From NCBI GenBank assembly GCA_003971905.1, contig RSEE01000083.1:248001-301222 (forward strand): a stretch of DNA of 53,222 nucleotides, written 5' to 3'. Numbering within the stretch: the stretch's first letter is position 1; each line of letters begins with the position of its first letter. The translations under genes and the position numbers were made by a program. Source of the DNA: Moniliella sp. 'wahieum' (Eukaryota). Shown here piece by piece: positions 11,158 to 23,692 of this stretch. The notes under the pieces were generated by a model, which made no database searches, was not told the origin of the DNA, and worked only from the letters and a program-made list of their open reading frames with translations.

Positions 11158-12588
11158 CTAGAGTACATTGCGAGCCAATCCCACCCCCAAAACGCCGCGG
11201 CCATCGCCCATCCTCCCTCCTTCAACGGTCGAATCCACGTGCAGATCACCACTCCTCCTCCTCCGCCGCCGCACCGCCGGCTTGGGATTGTGGTTCAGCA
11301 GACGGTAGAGCCTGTTGCGGTTCGCACCGCGCGAATCCGGGCGAGCGGCAGCGTCGAAGAGGGCAGAGTGCAGGGCCGCGTGCAGCGTCGAGAGCGCTTG
11401 GGCCGTCTGCTTGCTGGCGAGGAAGGGCGCATCGCGCTCAGCCGCGGCCAACTGCGCCTCGGTGGCCTTTTGCGTCGGTGGTATCTCGCCTCGTTCCAGC
11501 AGGTACTGCGCGTTGGTTGCCGCCAACAGCAGGGGGACATGCGGCGACGCAGCGGCCAGCTGGGCCTCCGCCTCGGCGGCGGCCGCATCGGCTTGCGCCA
11601 CCTCGTCCTTCTCCGCGCTGCTGCTCGTGGCGGCAGAGGCGGCCGTGGCGGCGGCGGCAAGCTCCTTGCTGCCATCCAGATGGGCACCACAAGACGCTGA
11701 AGAATGCGGTTGTAAAGGGCGTCACTGGGCTGAGCCGGAGGACAGTGATAAAAGGAGTGAGCGCAGCCAAGACATCCACCTTGCCCTCTTTCCGTGCCAG
11801 CGTGGCCACCATCCGGTCCAGCTCTTCCATAGCCAAATCGGCAATATGGAGCGCAATGCTCCCTGGCACCCGCAGATCGGTGGGGTTGAGCGGGCCCCCA
11901 GGACGCTTGGCGTTTTCCTTGGTCAAGATCTCTGCCCACTTGGCCACCAAGCTCGGTTCCCATCCGTGCGCCTGGAGCAGGCGAAGCCCCGCCGCCCAAA
12001 CCGACGCATCAGTAGGAAAAATTTCGAGACACGGTGCTTATCCAGACCTTGCCAGTCGCTCACCATCGTGCCCCAAAATCCATCAAAGAACGCGAGGGCA
12101 GCCAGCGCTTGCTCCGTCATGGCTTCCTGCGAGGGGGCCTTGCGCTTCTTTCCCGCCTTCTCCTTCTCACTGTTCTTAGCCACAGGGGCATCTTGACCTA
12201 CCCCGCCAATCACAAGTACCAGCTCAGCCAACTCATCCGCTAACACTTGCTGCACCAGCGGCTTGTCCGAGTGGTAAAAACCTGTGCGCCCTGTTAGTAC
12301 TCGCTCACCACCAGCCATAGGTGCGGGGGGCGGGGGGGGGAACATACTTTGGAACACATCCCTTCCACAGACGAAGCATCTCCGTTTCGGGAATCTTCTT
12401 GCCGCTGGAGAGAAAGGCGGTCAGGGCACCCAGCGCCCGGTCCCGCTCCCGCTTCTCGTTGGACGCAAGCGACTTGGCCATGGGGATCTCAGCGGGGCAG
12501 TGGCCTTGACCTTGGCTGCCGCGGCCAGCTGGCGCTTGAGCTGGTGGCGCTGCCGCTTCGAGGCACGGACGCTCTCCACGTGGTCCAT
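11158..12588 (-). CDS. RRP1: Ribosomal RNA processing protein 1 (Nop52 family); intron 12282-12347
   Basis: AKSLASNEKRERDRAL, MLRLWKG, FYHSDKPLVQQVLADELA, FFDGFWGTMVSDWQGLDKHRVSKFFLLMRRF and RGANRNRLYRL. Intron GTATGT...TACTAAC...CAG. Confidence 0.93.
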
Positions 12589-12875
12589 GGGGGGCAGTGG
12601 TGGTAGTGGTGGTAGTGGTGGCTGGGGTGGCTGGACGGGCGCTCGCTGACCTGCGCTGTGGGTCCCTCGGCCGGCGTGTGGGCAGAAAAAAAAAGTTGCT
12701 GGCTGGCCCGCGCGGAATTGGCACGGGCGGAATGGGTGCGCCCAACCGCGGCTTCGGGGCGGCGAAGAAGAAAAGCAGGCCGGCCGGCCAAGGCAAGGAA
12801 GGAGACGTGGGACTGGAACGGCTTCTGCCCTGCACCTCCGCTTTCGCTTTCGCTTTCGTCCTCCTCGTCGACGCA

Positions 12876-14050
12876 ATGAGCGTCCATCTGCGTCTGGCCC
12901 GGCGGCCACGGCCCACCAACCGCGTTCTACCACATTGTTGCCGCCCTGCGCAGCCGTCCGCGCGACAGCCGTCCGCTGGAAAAGTTGGGCGAGTACGATC
13001 CGCTGGCCCAGGCCACGTTGCGCCAGCCCCCGCCGGCATGGGCGCCGCAGATGGGCGTCCTGACCCCAGAGGCGCGGATTGACATCAATGCCCTGGGGCG
13101 CATGCACAACCACCGCTACTGGAAAGTGGGCAACATCAACCGTCCCCCGGACCCAAACAAGACCCGTACGACAATGAGGGCCAGGTGGTTCATTCGGGCA
13201 TTGCGGTCGCTCGGACATTGTCCGCCAAAAGCACGTCGAATGGAACAAGGAGCGAATCCTGTACTGGCTTTCCAACGGTGCCCAGCCCACGCCTCCGTGG
13301 CCAAATTGCTCATCAAGGGCGGCATCCTTCCGCCGGTCGGGTCCACCGCGGCCGCTTCCGCTCCCTGTGGGGCGACTCGGTGCACGATTCGGTGGCTCTG
13401 GGCTACCAAAAGACGGCCAAGGACCCTGATGCCATCAACATGGTCCGGGCGGCATTGTGATCCGTACGCTGCCCCCGCCCAAGGCGCCTGGTGCCGATGC
13501 CACGCCGGAGGAAGTAGAGGCCTACAGGTGGCTTTGGACAAGTAATGCCGACCAAAACTACGCCAAGTCGATCATACCACCGCGACGCTCTGACGACGAG
13601 CAGATGAACTACAGTGGGGTGCCTGACAAGCTGCTCAAGAAGCCCGGTGGGTTCCTTTCCGTGACGGCCAAGGACGAGTGGAGGCCGCTGGACCCTGTTG
13701 CGCTGCCGGACTCGGTGGTGGAAGAGTTGGCGGATCAGGTGGCGGCCGGCATGCGCCTCATCGAATCCACGCCCAAGCTGCAGAAGTGGGCGGCGTCGAA
13801 CCGGTCGCGCTTCCACCGCCGCGTTCTGCGGAGACGGGAACAGAAGCGTTTGGCTCGCACCCCGCGCCTGCTGGGCAAGCCCGACTCGGTGCTGCGCCAG
13901 ATGCGCAAAGTGATTGCTCGCTTCCGTAGCATGAGCCGCATGCCGCCTGCTGCGCTGTGGTGCGCACCACCAGCTGCGCGTGGCGTACGCGATGAAGTAC
14001 CACGTCCGTACTGGCCCTTGGTCGGCACGCCTCACATGCCGCGCATCTAA
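12876..14050 (+). CDS. Hypothetical protein (~390 aa after frameshift repair), possible mitochondrial presequence
   Basis: Consecutive overlapping + ORF segments (12597, 12985, 13185 and 13457 frames) give non-repetitive, protein-like sequence with GC-ending codons. The N-terminus MSVHLRLARRPRPTNRVL is Arg-rich and lacks acidic residues. No family recognised. Confidence 0.6.
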
Positions 14051-14201
14051 GGGGGGGAGCAGAGACGAGCAAAAATGCATGAATGGCATCAGGAGCTTTC
14101 TTGCCAGCACTGCTGGCTGCCGTAGTGGGGCGAAAAAGATAGTTTGTTATGCTTGCGGGCTTAGCGTTGGAGCGGCGGTAGCAAGGCGGGGGCAGCAAAA
14201 A

Positions 14202-14298
14202 AGGAGTAGGTCGGACTCGAACCAACGACTTCAAGATGATAGCAGCCCTCGGAAGGGACAATTGCAATCTCACACGCTAACCGCTGCGTCACTACTCC
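14202..14298 (-). tRNA. tRNA-Cys(GCA) with 24-nt intron
   Basis: Reverse complement folds as acceptor GGAGTAG/CTACTCC, D-arm ACGC/GCGT, anticodon arm TGAGA-TTGCAA[intron]A-TCTTG and T-arm GTTGG-TTCGAGT-CCGAC. U73 discriminator, then an oligo-T terminator. Confidence 0.92.
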
Positions 14299-14511
14299 GG
14301 ATGGATGACCGGCTGGATTTGTTTTCGAAATAGTCTGTGGTTGCCGCTGTCGGAATTCGGACGGGGGCAGACGCGACGCGACGCGTGGTTGAAAGTTTCC
14401 GCCGCAGATTGAGGACGCGTCGGAAGGCGCGGCGGGAGCGCAGAGCACCGAGGCAGAGCACAGCAAACTGCGTCGTCGCTACCACCACCACCACCACCAC
14501 CACCAACCCCC

Positions 14512-16614
14512 ATGCGCTCGCTGCGGCCTGCTCGTGTGCTGCCCCGCCGCCGTTGCCTCGGTGGAGTGTGTGCCCTCGTCGGAGACCGAGGAGGAGCCCG
14601 ACGCGTACCTCGACTCGGACCCTGCGCCCGACGAGGACGAACCCATCCGCCTCCTCCGCTCGCGCACGCCGCGCCCGCCTGCGCCCGCTCCGCCCCCCTC
14701 CGCCTCCGCCGCCTCGTCGCCCTCTCTTCCCCCCCCCCCACCCTGCCGGCACCTGCGCCTGCCAAGCGCATCACACGCAGCGCCGCCGCCGCATGCCTCC
14801 CCGTCGCCGCGCCGCTCCCCCAGCCCCCTGCACCTGGTATGTGTACGCCCTGCTGCCTCTCTTGGGTCGAATGCTAGGATGAACATCGCGAGAGCTAATC
14901 TGTTCTGCCTGCTAGCCCCGCCCCGCCCGCCGAAGAGAAAACGGTCGGAAAAGGCCGAGACAAGGCAAGCCAGTCCCCCGGCACCTAAGCGCGCTTTTGA
15001 GCGCACCCACTCCTCTGCTTCGACCTTGGTCGACGAAAGCTCGGACTGCGAAACTGTGACGGGCGATCCGGTCGCAGAGACCAAAGCCACAGTGCTCGAG
15101 CCAAGCGAAACGTTCCCGCATGTCTATGCCCATGCTCGCTCCCTCCTCCGCTCTGCCCATCCCGCCCATACCCTCATTGGCCGTGAAACCGAACGAAGCA
15201 CCATCCATTCCTTTCTCTCTGCCCGCCTCGGTCCATCGTCAGAAGGGCCAGCGTCACTCTACATTGCCGGCACACCCGGCACGGGCAAGACAGCGCTGGT
15301 GTGCGATGTTGTGGCCAAATTTCAATCCGAGGCAGAGGTGGTGATCCTCAACTGCGTTGCGCTCGCCTCGGCGGCCGACGTCTACGGCACCATCTTGAGC
15401 CACTTGCCCTGCGGCACAGGGAAGCGAAGTCGCACGTCGAGTGAGTCGGAGCGACTGCTGCTCTCTCCTCACCGCACCAAGTAGCAAGACGGTGATCGTG
15501 CTGGACGAGATGGACGCGCTGGTGCGCACCGGTGCGCACCAGGACGTGCTGTACAAATCTTTTTGGCTGTGGCCCAAGCGAATCCCAGTCGGGCCAAGGC
15601 CAAAGCTAAGACAGCTTTGATTGGCATTGCCAACTCGCTCGATCTTGCCCACCACTTTTTACCCTTACTCGCCGCCCACGCAGCCTGTCCCGAGCTGCTC
15701 AGTTTCACTCCGTTTACCGCACAGGAAATTGTCCAAGTGGTCACCGCACGGTTGGATGCCCTCTGGGTCGCGCCGACGCGCCCCCCAAACCCGAGGCTGA
15801 GGCCGACGCACTGCCCATCTTTAGCGTCCCAGGACTCCGACTGGCAGCAATGAAGGTGGCAGCTGCGACGGGCGACCTGCGCAAAGCGCTCGACGTGTGC
15901 CGCTTGGCCATCGAGACGCTTGAGACGCAACAGCGCAAAAAGGGCGTGGACCTAACCTGCTTGACTCCTGCCTCGGCCGCGCGTGTGGGCCCACCACAGG
16001 TACTGACGGCGATCGCCAAGACACTTGTCGCTGCCGGTGGGTCCTGCTCAGCGACAGTAGCCAAAGTTCGGGGCTTGCCGCTACATGGCGGATTACTGTT
16101 GGCGTCCTACTTGCTCGTCGACACGCGCCAGCACCACCTCGGGCCTCGTCAGCCAATCGATGTGGCAAGCGTATACGATACCTACACACGCATCTTGTCT
16201 GACGACGGCACCTTTTCCCCGCTGCCCTTGGGCGACGTGTTGGACCTCCTGGCTAGTCTCGAGACGCAAGCCTTCCTCGACCTCAGTGCGCCGTGCGCGC
16301 CACGTAAGGGCGCCGGCGGGAGCAAGGGAAGCAAGCCCGGCATGCGCCATGCCCCGCTGGGCGCGCGCGCACGTATCATCACGCTCCGCCTGCCGGTGGA
16401 GGAGGTGCGACGTGGGCTGACGGAGCCGACGGCAGGCGCGGCGGCGGGAGGATCAGGACAAACTGTGGCGGCCGAGACGATTGGGCGACTGCTGCAAACT
16501 GAGACGAGGCGGATCCTGCGAGCCAAAGGGTGGGAACAAGCTGCGGACGCGTTCCAGCACACCCGCGCAGAGGAGTTGGGCGGCGGACGCTTGGCCGTGG
16601 CCAAGGGCTTGTAG
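14512..16614 (+). CDS. CDC6: Cell division control protein 6 (Cdc6/Cdc18), AAA+ replication initiator; probable intron 14837-14915
   Basis: LIGRETERSTIHSFL, Walker A SLYIAGTPGTGKT, VILNCVAL, Walker B VIVLDEMDAL, LIGIANSLDL, FTPFTAQEI and GDLRKALDVCRLAIE, then a winged-helix-like C-terminus. Start uncertain. Confidence 0.92.
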
Positions 16615-19600
16615 CGTATCACGAGAGATGAGAATCGAGTCGTTTGCTTTGTTGTTGCTTTCTGGTTGCTTGGCCGGCACCCGACAAAGAAGATAGACCT
16701 GTGAACTCAAGGGATGTACTTAGTACTAATGAGATGCATGCTTTGTTCTGATTTTGCCACCACGTCCATCTTCCCGCCCGCTCTGGGCCGGGTGGGGTGG
16801 ATGGGTTGGAGGAGCAGGCGTAGGCGTAGGTGCAGAAAGCGTGGCTGATGGGACGCCTAACCTCCCCGTAGCCGTCCCTCCACACTAGGTCAAGATAACC
16901 GGACTTCTTGTTTCGTCGCTCCCTCCATCCTCCAACACGTCTCGGGATCGGTCTCGCCCTCGCCCACAGCCCACTGTCACCATCTCATCGATATCGTCCG
17001 CCCATCCGCACTGTCCATCTGCTGGCCGTGCCGCCCGGACGTGCGCGCCGCTTGCATTTATCCTGGCTTTGCTAAAACCCGTGGCAGGTCACTTCAAGGA
17101 ATAGTGGACCGGCCGAGTTGCAAGGGTACAACGGCACGGAGCATCCGTGGTAGCCCCCGGGGGTTGGGAAGAGAGAAGGGGTTAGGGCGACCTCCCCTCC
17201 CCTCCCCTCTCGCCCGAGCTGCTGTACATCCTGTGGTGCAGGACAAACCATCAGAGCGTCGACGACTCACTGCCCCTCGACTCAGGCCTCACAGCTATAG
17301 CCCAATCCACAGAATGGCCCTGCAGTGTCGTTTGCGCGTTGCAATCTCAATCGTTCCCGACTTACGCCCATCAGTGCGCTGGCAGTCAAGCCAGCGCGGC
17401 ACCTTCTACCTACTACGCCTACCAAGCTGGGCAAGTACCACGGTCCTCAGTTCCTGTGCCCTGCGGGGGTCACTTTGAGCTTGTGGCTTGTCCTTGAATC
17501 GATCCGAGCACAGCGTTCTGTCCATTGAAGACGGTAACAATGGCTGCCATTGGGGGGCGGAGAGTGCGTGGTGGTAGCAGTGGCCAATTGACGAGACGTA
17601 CTCAAGTAAACCCATGGCAGTTCATTCTGATGCGACCAGTGTGGCCCACAGCGATCCTGGAACAAACGCGGGTCATTATAGTTCCACAGCACGTGGCTGT
17701 CCGGTATCGTCTGGGCGAGGAGCAGAGGTTGGTCTTTCTATACTCTACATGTATGAAGAGTGTCCTGTAGTGTTTTTTGCTTCTAGAATGCGCGGTGCCA
17801 GGTGAGGCAGGATGATGGCTAGTTGTGAGCTACTGCTCTTTCCTCTTGACTTTTTGTGGGCCGCGCTGGGTTGGGCTATGGAGCATCATGACCGTGATGC
17901 AGCTAGTCTTTCTCCCCTGGCCTGCTGTTACTGCTGCACCGGACAGTGACTAAGCTTCTGTGCTTCCTCCGAGACGCTTGTCTATCCCTCGAAGAGTTTT
18001 ACTGTTTTGCACTAAGGTGCTGGACTACTCATCGTTCATCAGCACAGAGGGGTCACTGTTCACGCCCCATATAACTTCAAGTAGCAACCGTACAGCTGAA
18101 AAGGCGGTTACTGTGCAGCACACACGGGACTGTTGAGTGGGTAGTCCGTACCGGGATGGAGCACAAAGAAGCGGTGCTCCAAGGCTTTCTGGGCCGAGCA
18201 GCGCAGGTTGGGGTGGGGTGGAAGAGGTGATGGATCGACAATGTCCTGGATTGGTTAATCTTCAGTGGCAGTATCCGCAATACTTCTGTGTTGTACATAG
18301 AGTAGATAGCAGATGCCGGCGACCGTATCCTGTTCGTTTCAGTCCCAGTCTTTTCTGCTTATGTATCTTCACCTCAACCATCTTTTTGCTGCAGTGTGGA
18401 CGAAAAAAACGTCTTCCTCCTCTCTTGCCTCCTTCTCTCGAACCAGCCTTTCCACAGTCCCCACAACCCTTTTCTCCCATTTCAGTGGCGCTCGCACCGC
18501 TCTCCATCTCGGGTTCCTGCGCGACGACGCCACCGGTATCCCCCGGTCTCTTGACCGGCAGTATGTCGTACACCTCACTCGGGGAGTTCCCATTGGCCTG
18601 CCCCTCCCCCGGGGCTCCTGTACGAAGGGGAAGTGCAAGATGTGCGCACTGCAGTACGGGTAGGTAGATACGCACACCAGGCATCCGGTATGTTCCTTCA
18701 CGCGACGTTTCATCTATAATTCAATAGTCTGTTGGCCCTCTCCATCACCAGTCACCAGTCACCTCCCTTCTGGTCGCACACGGAGCTTTCCACGCGCCAT
18801 TCATATTCCTTCTCAGCTGCCTACGGAGAAGGAATGGAATGGAGCCCAAACAGCTGCACTACGGCACTATGGCATGAAATGCAGTGCTGCCCATGGACCA
18901 TTGATGGCTCATCTCATCGCTTCGCTTGGTATATACGGGCTACTAGCGTGGCCGTTTGTTAAGCCAGAGAGCGGCCGGCGTACCGTCCATCGGCACCGCC
19001 GGGGTGGCAAAAGTACCACCACCGAGAACGAAGCACGCGCGCGGGAGGGGCCTTGCGCAGTACACCGTACCCAGTCGAACCCATCTCGCTGGTTGTCGCC
19101 TTACAGGCCGCCCAGCAACCGGGATGTTTTCGTACCCGTCCGACCGACCCCGCCGCGCGACCGACTGCACACGCCCGACCCCCCGCCGTTGCAGCACAGG
19201 ACAAAAACGTGACCACGGGACAGGACCAATCCGCTCGAAAGTGGCCTGACCCAACCACGCCCGCCCAACCCACCACCTACGCTCGTCGTTCATTCCGTAA
19301 CGCGTAACCCGTCAAGGACGGGGGAAGACACCTGTACTACTCTACACCGAGCTCCGCCCCACTGGGGGTAAGCGCTCGCTGAACGTGGAACGTCGATCTA
19401 AGCGTAAGCCCGCACGCAGTTCACGGAGGCAAGGCCGCCTCTCCCTACGGCAGAAGCTGCACTGCCGAGGGGTGGGGGAGGGCACGTGTGAGGTGGGCCA
19501 AGGCCAGACAGGGAGCTAGGGGGGCGACGGACGCGACCGAGCGCAACCGAGGTGACAAGCTGCCGAGGTAAGCAGGCCGGGGCGACGGGGCAGAGGGGTC

Positions 19601-20520
19601 GGTACGGGGTCGGGGGTCGGCCGTCGAGCGTCGGGGGCAGAAGCAGGAGCAGGAGCAGGACCAAGTGGGACCCAGACCAGGGGCTATTGCGGTCCACCGT
19701 CTAAGGGGGGAAGGGGGGGATGGATTGTAGGAAGGCAGGGCAGCGGGCAAGAGAGGTGAGGTGAGAGGAGAGGAGAGGAGAGAGGCGAGAGAGAGGATAG
19801 AGAGAGGAGAGGGGGAAAGGTAGAGAGAGCTTGAACGGTTCCGCCTGACTAAGAGTGTGGAGAGGGAGTGGAAGAAGGGGGGGGGGGTACGTGGGAAGGG
19901 TAGGTTACCTCCCACCCCCGACCCCCCCACACTACTCCCACACTCCACTCCACTCCACACCTACAGCCAGGCGTCAGAAGCGGAAGGCCACAAGCGCTTT
20001 TTTTGTTGATTTTGGCATAAGAGAACATCCGACGCTCCGGAAGGAACTGGGAACTGGGAACCGTAAGGAGGCGGCGATGTTGAGGACATGTCGAGAAACG
20101 CGGGCCGACGAAACGCAAGTGCGTCCGCGGCAGGACGGAGAAAAAAGAGAAAAAGAGAAAAAAAAAAGAAAAGGAAAAGGAAAAAAGTGGTGATGTGGTC
20201 GGGGGGGAAGGGGGAGAGCCGAGACCGGGAACGAAGACGGACCAAGGGGAGAAGGTTGAGGGAGGCCGAGAGCAGAGGCGGAGGAGGAGAGGACGGACGC
20301 GACCAGTGGGGAGACGGATGAGACCCAGGTGGGCCCCAAGCCCATGGGAAGTGGTAAACAAAAAGGCGAGCGAACAGGGCAGGCAAAGGCGAGCAGGCAA
20401 GAGAGATGAGAGATGGGCAGGGCAGGGAACGAAACGGGAGACACGGCACAAATCAACAAACAGTCCACAGTCCACCAACCACCAACCACCAAACGCAAAC
20501 CACAAACTACCATGCTGCCC

Positions 20521-22606
20521 CTACAGCCCGGCAATGGGCACATGCGGGACCGTGTACGGGTAGGCGAGGGGGTACGGGTGGTAGTGGCCGTAGAGCGGGA
20601 CCAAGCGTTGTTGCTGTTGCTGTTGCGGTTGCGGCGGCTGGTACGAGTAGGGGTAGGGATAGTATCCGTTGTACCCCATCCAGGAAGCGTACTCGGGCGC
20701 CTTGCTCTGGCCCACTGGCAGTAACGCGGCGGAGCGAGAGGGACCGAGGCCTTAGCCTCAGGCTCTTGAATCGACGGCGACGAGGACGAAGAGGAGGAGG
20801 TACTGTCGTCCATTTGCTGGGCGGGCGAGGAGAGCGCCTCAAAGCCGCGGTAGGGCGACGCGTTGAGCGAGTCGACGGTGGAATGTTCCGACGCTGGCGA
20901 CACGGGCTCCAGCAACGGCGAGTCCAAGTCCATGTCGCCCGTGGAGAGGTAGGAAACCACCGAGCTGGCCCGCTGGGTTTCACCATGTGCTCCGCAGGCA
21001 ACTGCTCCTCGAGCGCAACCAGCACCCACCTGTACTGGTCCGGTCCCACCTCGTTCATCTCCAGCGCCTTGTCAATCGTTTCCTCCCCGGGGCAGGGCGG
21101 GTTGTACGAGTCAATCAGGCGACGCGAGACGAAGTTGCTGAGATCGTGGGGTAGGAGACCCACTCCTCTCCTTCGGCACCAAGTCAAAGTGGCACACGCG
21201 CAGGTAGAAGCGTTCCATCACGTTGAGCTCGGCGAGCGGGATGCCAGTCACCTCGGTCCAGGTCTTGTTCAAAAAGGTATTGTCGTCCAAGTGCTTGTTG
21301 CCCATCATCAGGCCCAAGACAAACAGCTTGAACGGGAGCGACGTGCTGGGTTGGGAGAGGCCTGGGCGGGCAAATTCCTGCTTCCAGGTCTGGACGAGGT
21401 AGGCTTGCGCCTCCATCGCACCTCCTGCTCTTCTTCGCACACATCCTCCATCTCCTCTCCGCCCACATCGGCAAGGGCACGGTAGAGCCGGAGGGCGTAA
21501 AAGAGAGCGAGGAAGAGGGTCGAGGGCGTAAGCAGCGGCTGCTGCAACACGGTTTGAACAAAATTGGTAAACGTCTCCATGGTCAAATGCGTCGTCTGCA
21601 CCGCACCCTCGCGCTGCAACGGCCAGGAGCGCACCACTTGCGCATAGATCGAGTCTTGCTGCAACGAAAGAAACACACGGTCGTCGTACGTTTGGTCTGT
21701 GGCCACTGCAGCGAGGTGGGCTGCGGTGCAGGGGCCATGTCGACGACCTGCTTGCTAGCAGGCGAGAGCCAGTCGGGGCTCATCGGCTCACCAACCACTT
21801 CCTGGAACGCCTCGGACAGCTGAAGGAACAGGGCAGCCACCACGGGCGCAAGCCAAGAGGTGCGTCCCTCCCAAGACCAATCTTCGTCGCCGGGCATCGC
21901 CTCTCGCACGGGCGACGCGGGGCTTGGGCACGTCGCGCTGCACCACGGGCGGCGGGGTGGAGACGAGCGGCACGGCAGACGGCTGATGGCTACCAAGATG
22001 CAAGAGGCAGGATCAACAAACCAGGCCTCAGCGTCAGCAAGAGTGGGGGGCACAGACCCAGGCAGGGCAGAGGGAGAGAGGGAGACTTACGGGTGAGACC
22101 AGTACTTGGGGTTGTGGCATGGCGGGGCGGTGCTTGGTGGGTGCTGTGGTGGGGGTGCTGGTGCTGGTGCTGAGAAGGCGGCGTCGGCCACGCGCCCGCA
22201 GGAGCGGCCGCCGAGTTGGCACCATTGCTGGCGGACAGCTTGGCGAGATGGTGGGCAACGACGAGCTGGTGCGAGGGAGTGGTGGGTGGGCGTACCCGTG
22301 GCCCGTGGCGCGGTACTCGGCGGCAGACGGAGCCCAGTCGGGCGCCTCGAGGGGCGAGGCGGCGCGCAGCGGCGGCCGCGGGAGCGTACTGGGGCGGGAG
22401 GGGAGCCGAGGGGGGGGTAGTAGGCGCTGTCATGGGCGGGGTAGGCGAGCGGATACGGGGGGGGGCGCATGCACGGGGCCCGGCCGGCACTGGGCATAGG
22501 CGGCCGCGGCACCGTGGTGGCTGTCGGTGCGGCGGGGCGGGTAGGCGGCGGGGTAGGCAGGCGCGCCGCCGTAGACGGCGCCCATGGCGGGGAAGTAGTA
22601 GCTCAT
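20521..22606 (-). CDS. Pho80/Pcl-family cyclin with Tyr/Pro-rich termini; probable intron 21990-22090
   Basis: Cyclin box FTNFVQTVLQQPLLTPSTLFLALFYALRL...LFVLGLMMGNKHLDDNTFLNKTWTEVTGIPLAELNVMERFYLRVCHFDL. Confidence 0.88.
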
Positions 22607-23692
22607 GGCCAGCGGCACAGGCACGGAGGCGCAGGGGCGGGCGAGCGCAGAGGCAGGCAGCCGGACAAAGCACCAACACGGGGAAACGGGGCGAACACGC
22701 AGGGAGCTGCACACTAAGGCGTCTCTGTGCGTTCTGGGGGGGGTGGGGAGGGGGGGGGGGAGAAGGGGAAGGGGCGGGCAAGGAGCGGCGGGTCGAGCGG
22801 AGAAGAGACGGCGGGCTGAGCGTCGGGGGCACTCAGAGGCTCATCAGCTCTGGCTCGAGTCAGAGGCTGCAGAGGGGCTGGCAGGCAAGCACGCCGGCAC
22901 CAAGCGCAGTGCCAAGGCCAGGGGGGGGGGGGGGAAGCGAGGCCGGTCGGCCGGTGGTCGTGACAGTCGGCGCGGGCGGGGGGTGGGCAGCGAGGCGGGC
23001 GAGGGGGGGGGGGAGGGGCGCGGCGGAGGAGGTGGTGGCGAGGACGCAGCTGTGCACCGCCGCGACGGCCTCCGACTTGGCCACGCCGGCGCTGTCGGGC
23101 TGTCGGGCGGGCGTCGCGGGGGCGGGTTGCTGCCGCCTGGGGCGCACGGGCAGCGCGGCGTGCTGCGTGCTGCCGCTGCTGCAATGCTCCTGCGGCCCAC
23201 TGCGGCCGCCCGCTCATCCTCCACGCGCAGCTCACCCACGCGTTGCCTGAACCGCCGCAGCACAGCACAGCACCGCACAGCACTGCCCTGCCCCCTGCGT
23301 TTCGCCACCACCCGAGGGCGGCACGGCGCCTGTGCTGCACGCGGTTTGTTCTGCACGTTCCCAGGGGTAGGGTTGGGGCAAGGGCGGCACGCGGGACTCT
23401 GCCCTGGTTTCTTTCTTTTTTTGCAGGTGCAGCCACACGGGCGCCGTGCGGTGGCGGGCGGCGGCGGATGCCCACTGGGTGGTTGGGCCATAGTGGCGGC
23501 TGGGCGCGGGGGCGGCAGGCGCGTGGCCACGCGCACTGCGGTGCCCGTGCTGCGCCAGGCGCTTCGGCGGTCTTCTGTGTGGTATGTAAGAGTCTGTAGC
23601 CTCCCCTAGGGTTGCCCGGGGCAGCGAGTGCGATTAGCTCGCATGCTGCAGCTGAACGTTCAGCACGTGCATGTCATTGCTCGCTAGGAATA

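Noticed and set aside
15481..15484. In-frame TAG in CDC6 as stop-codon readthrough or an alternative genetic code
   Set aside because: The Walker B motif continues in a different frame, so this is an indel and not recoding.
18137..18713. Cys-rich short ORFs as a zinc-knuckle or transposon remnant
   Set aside because: No CX2CX4HX4C spacing, no RT, integrase or transposase motif, and no LTR or TIR seen.
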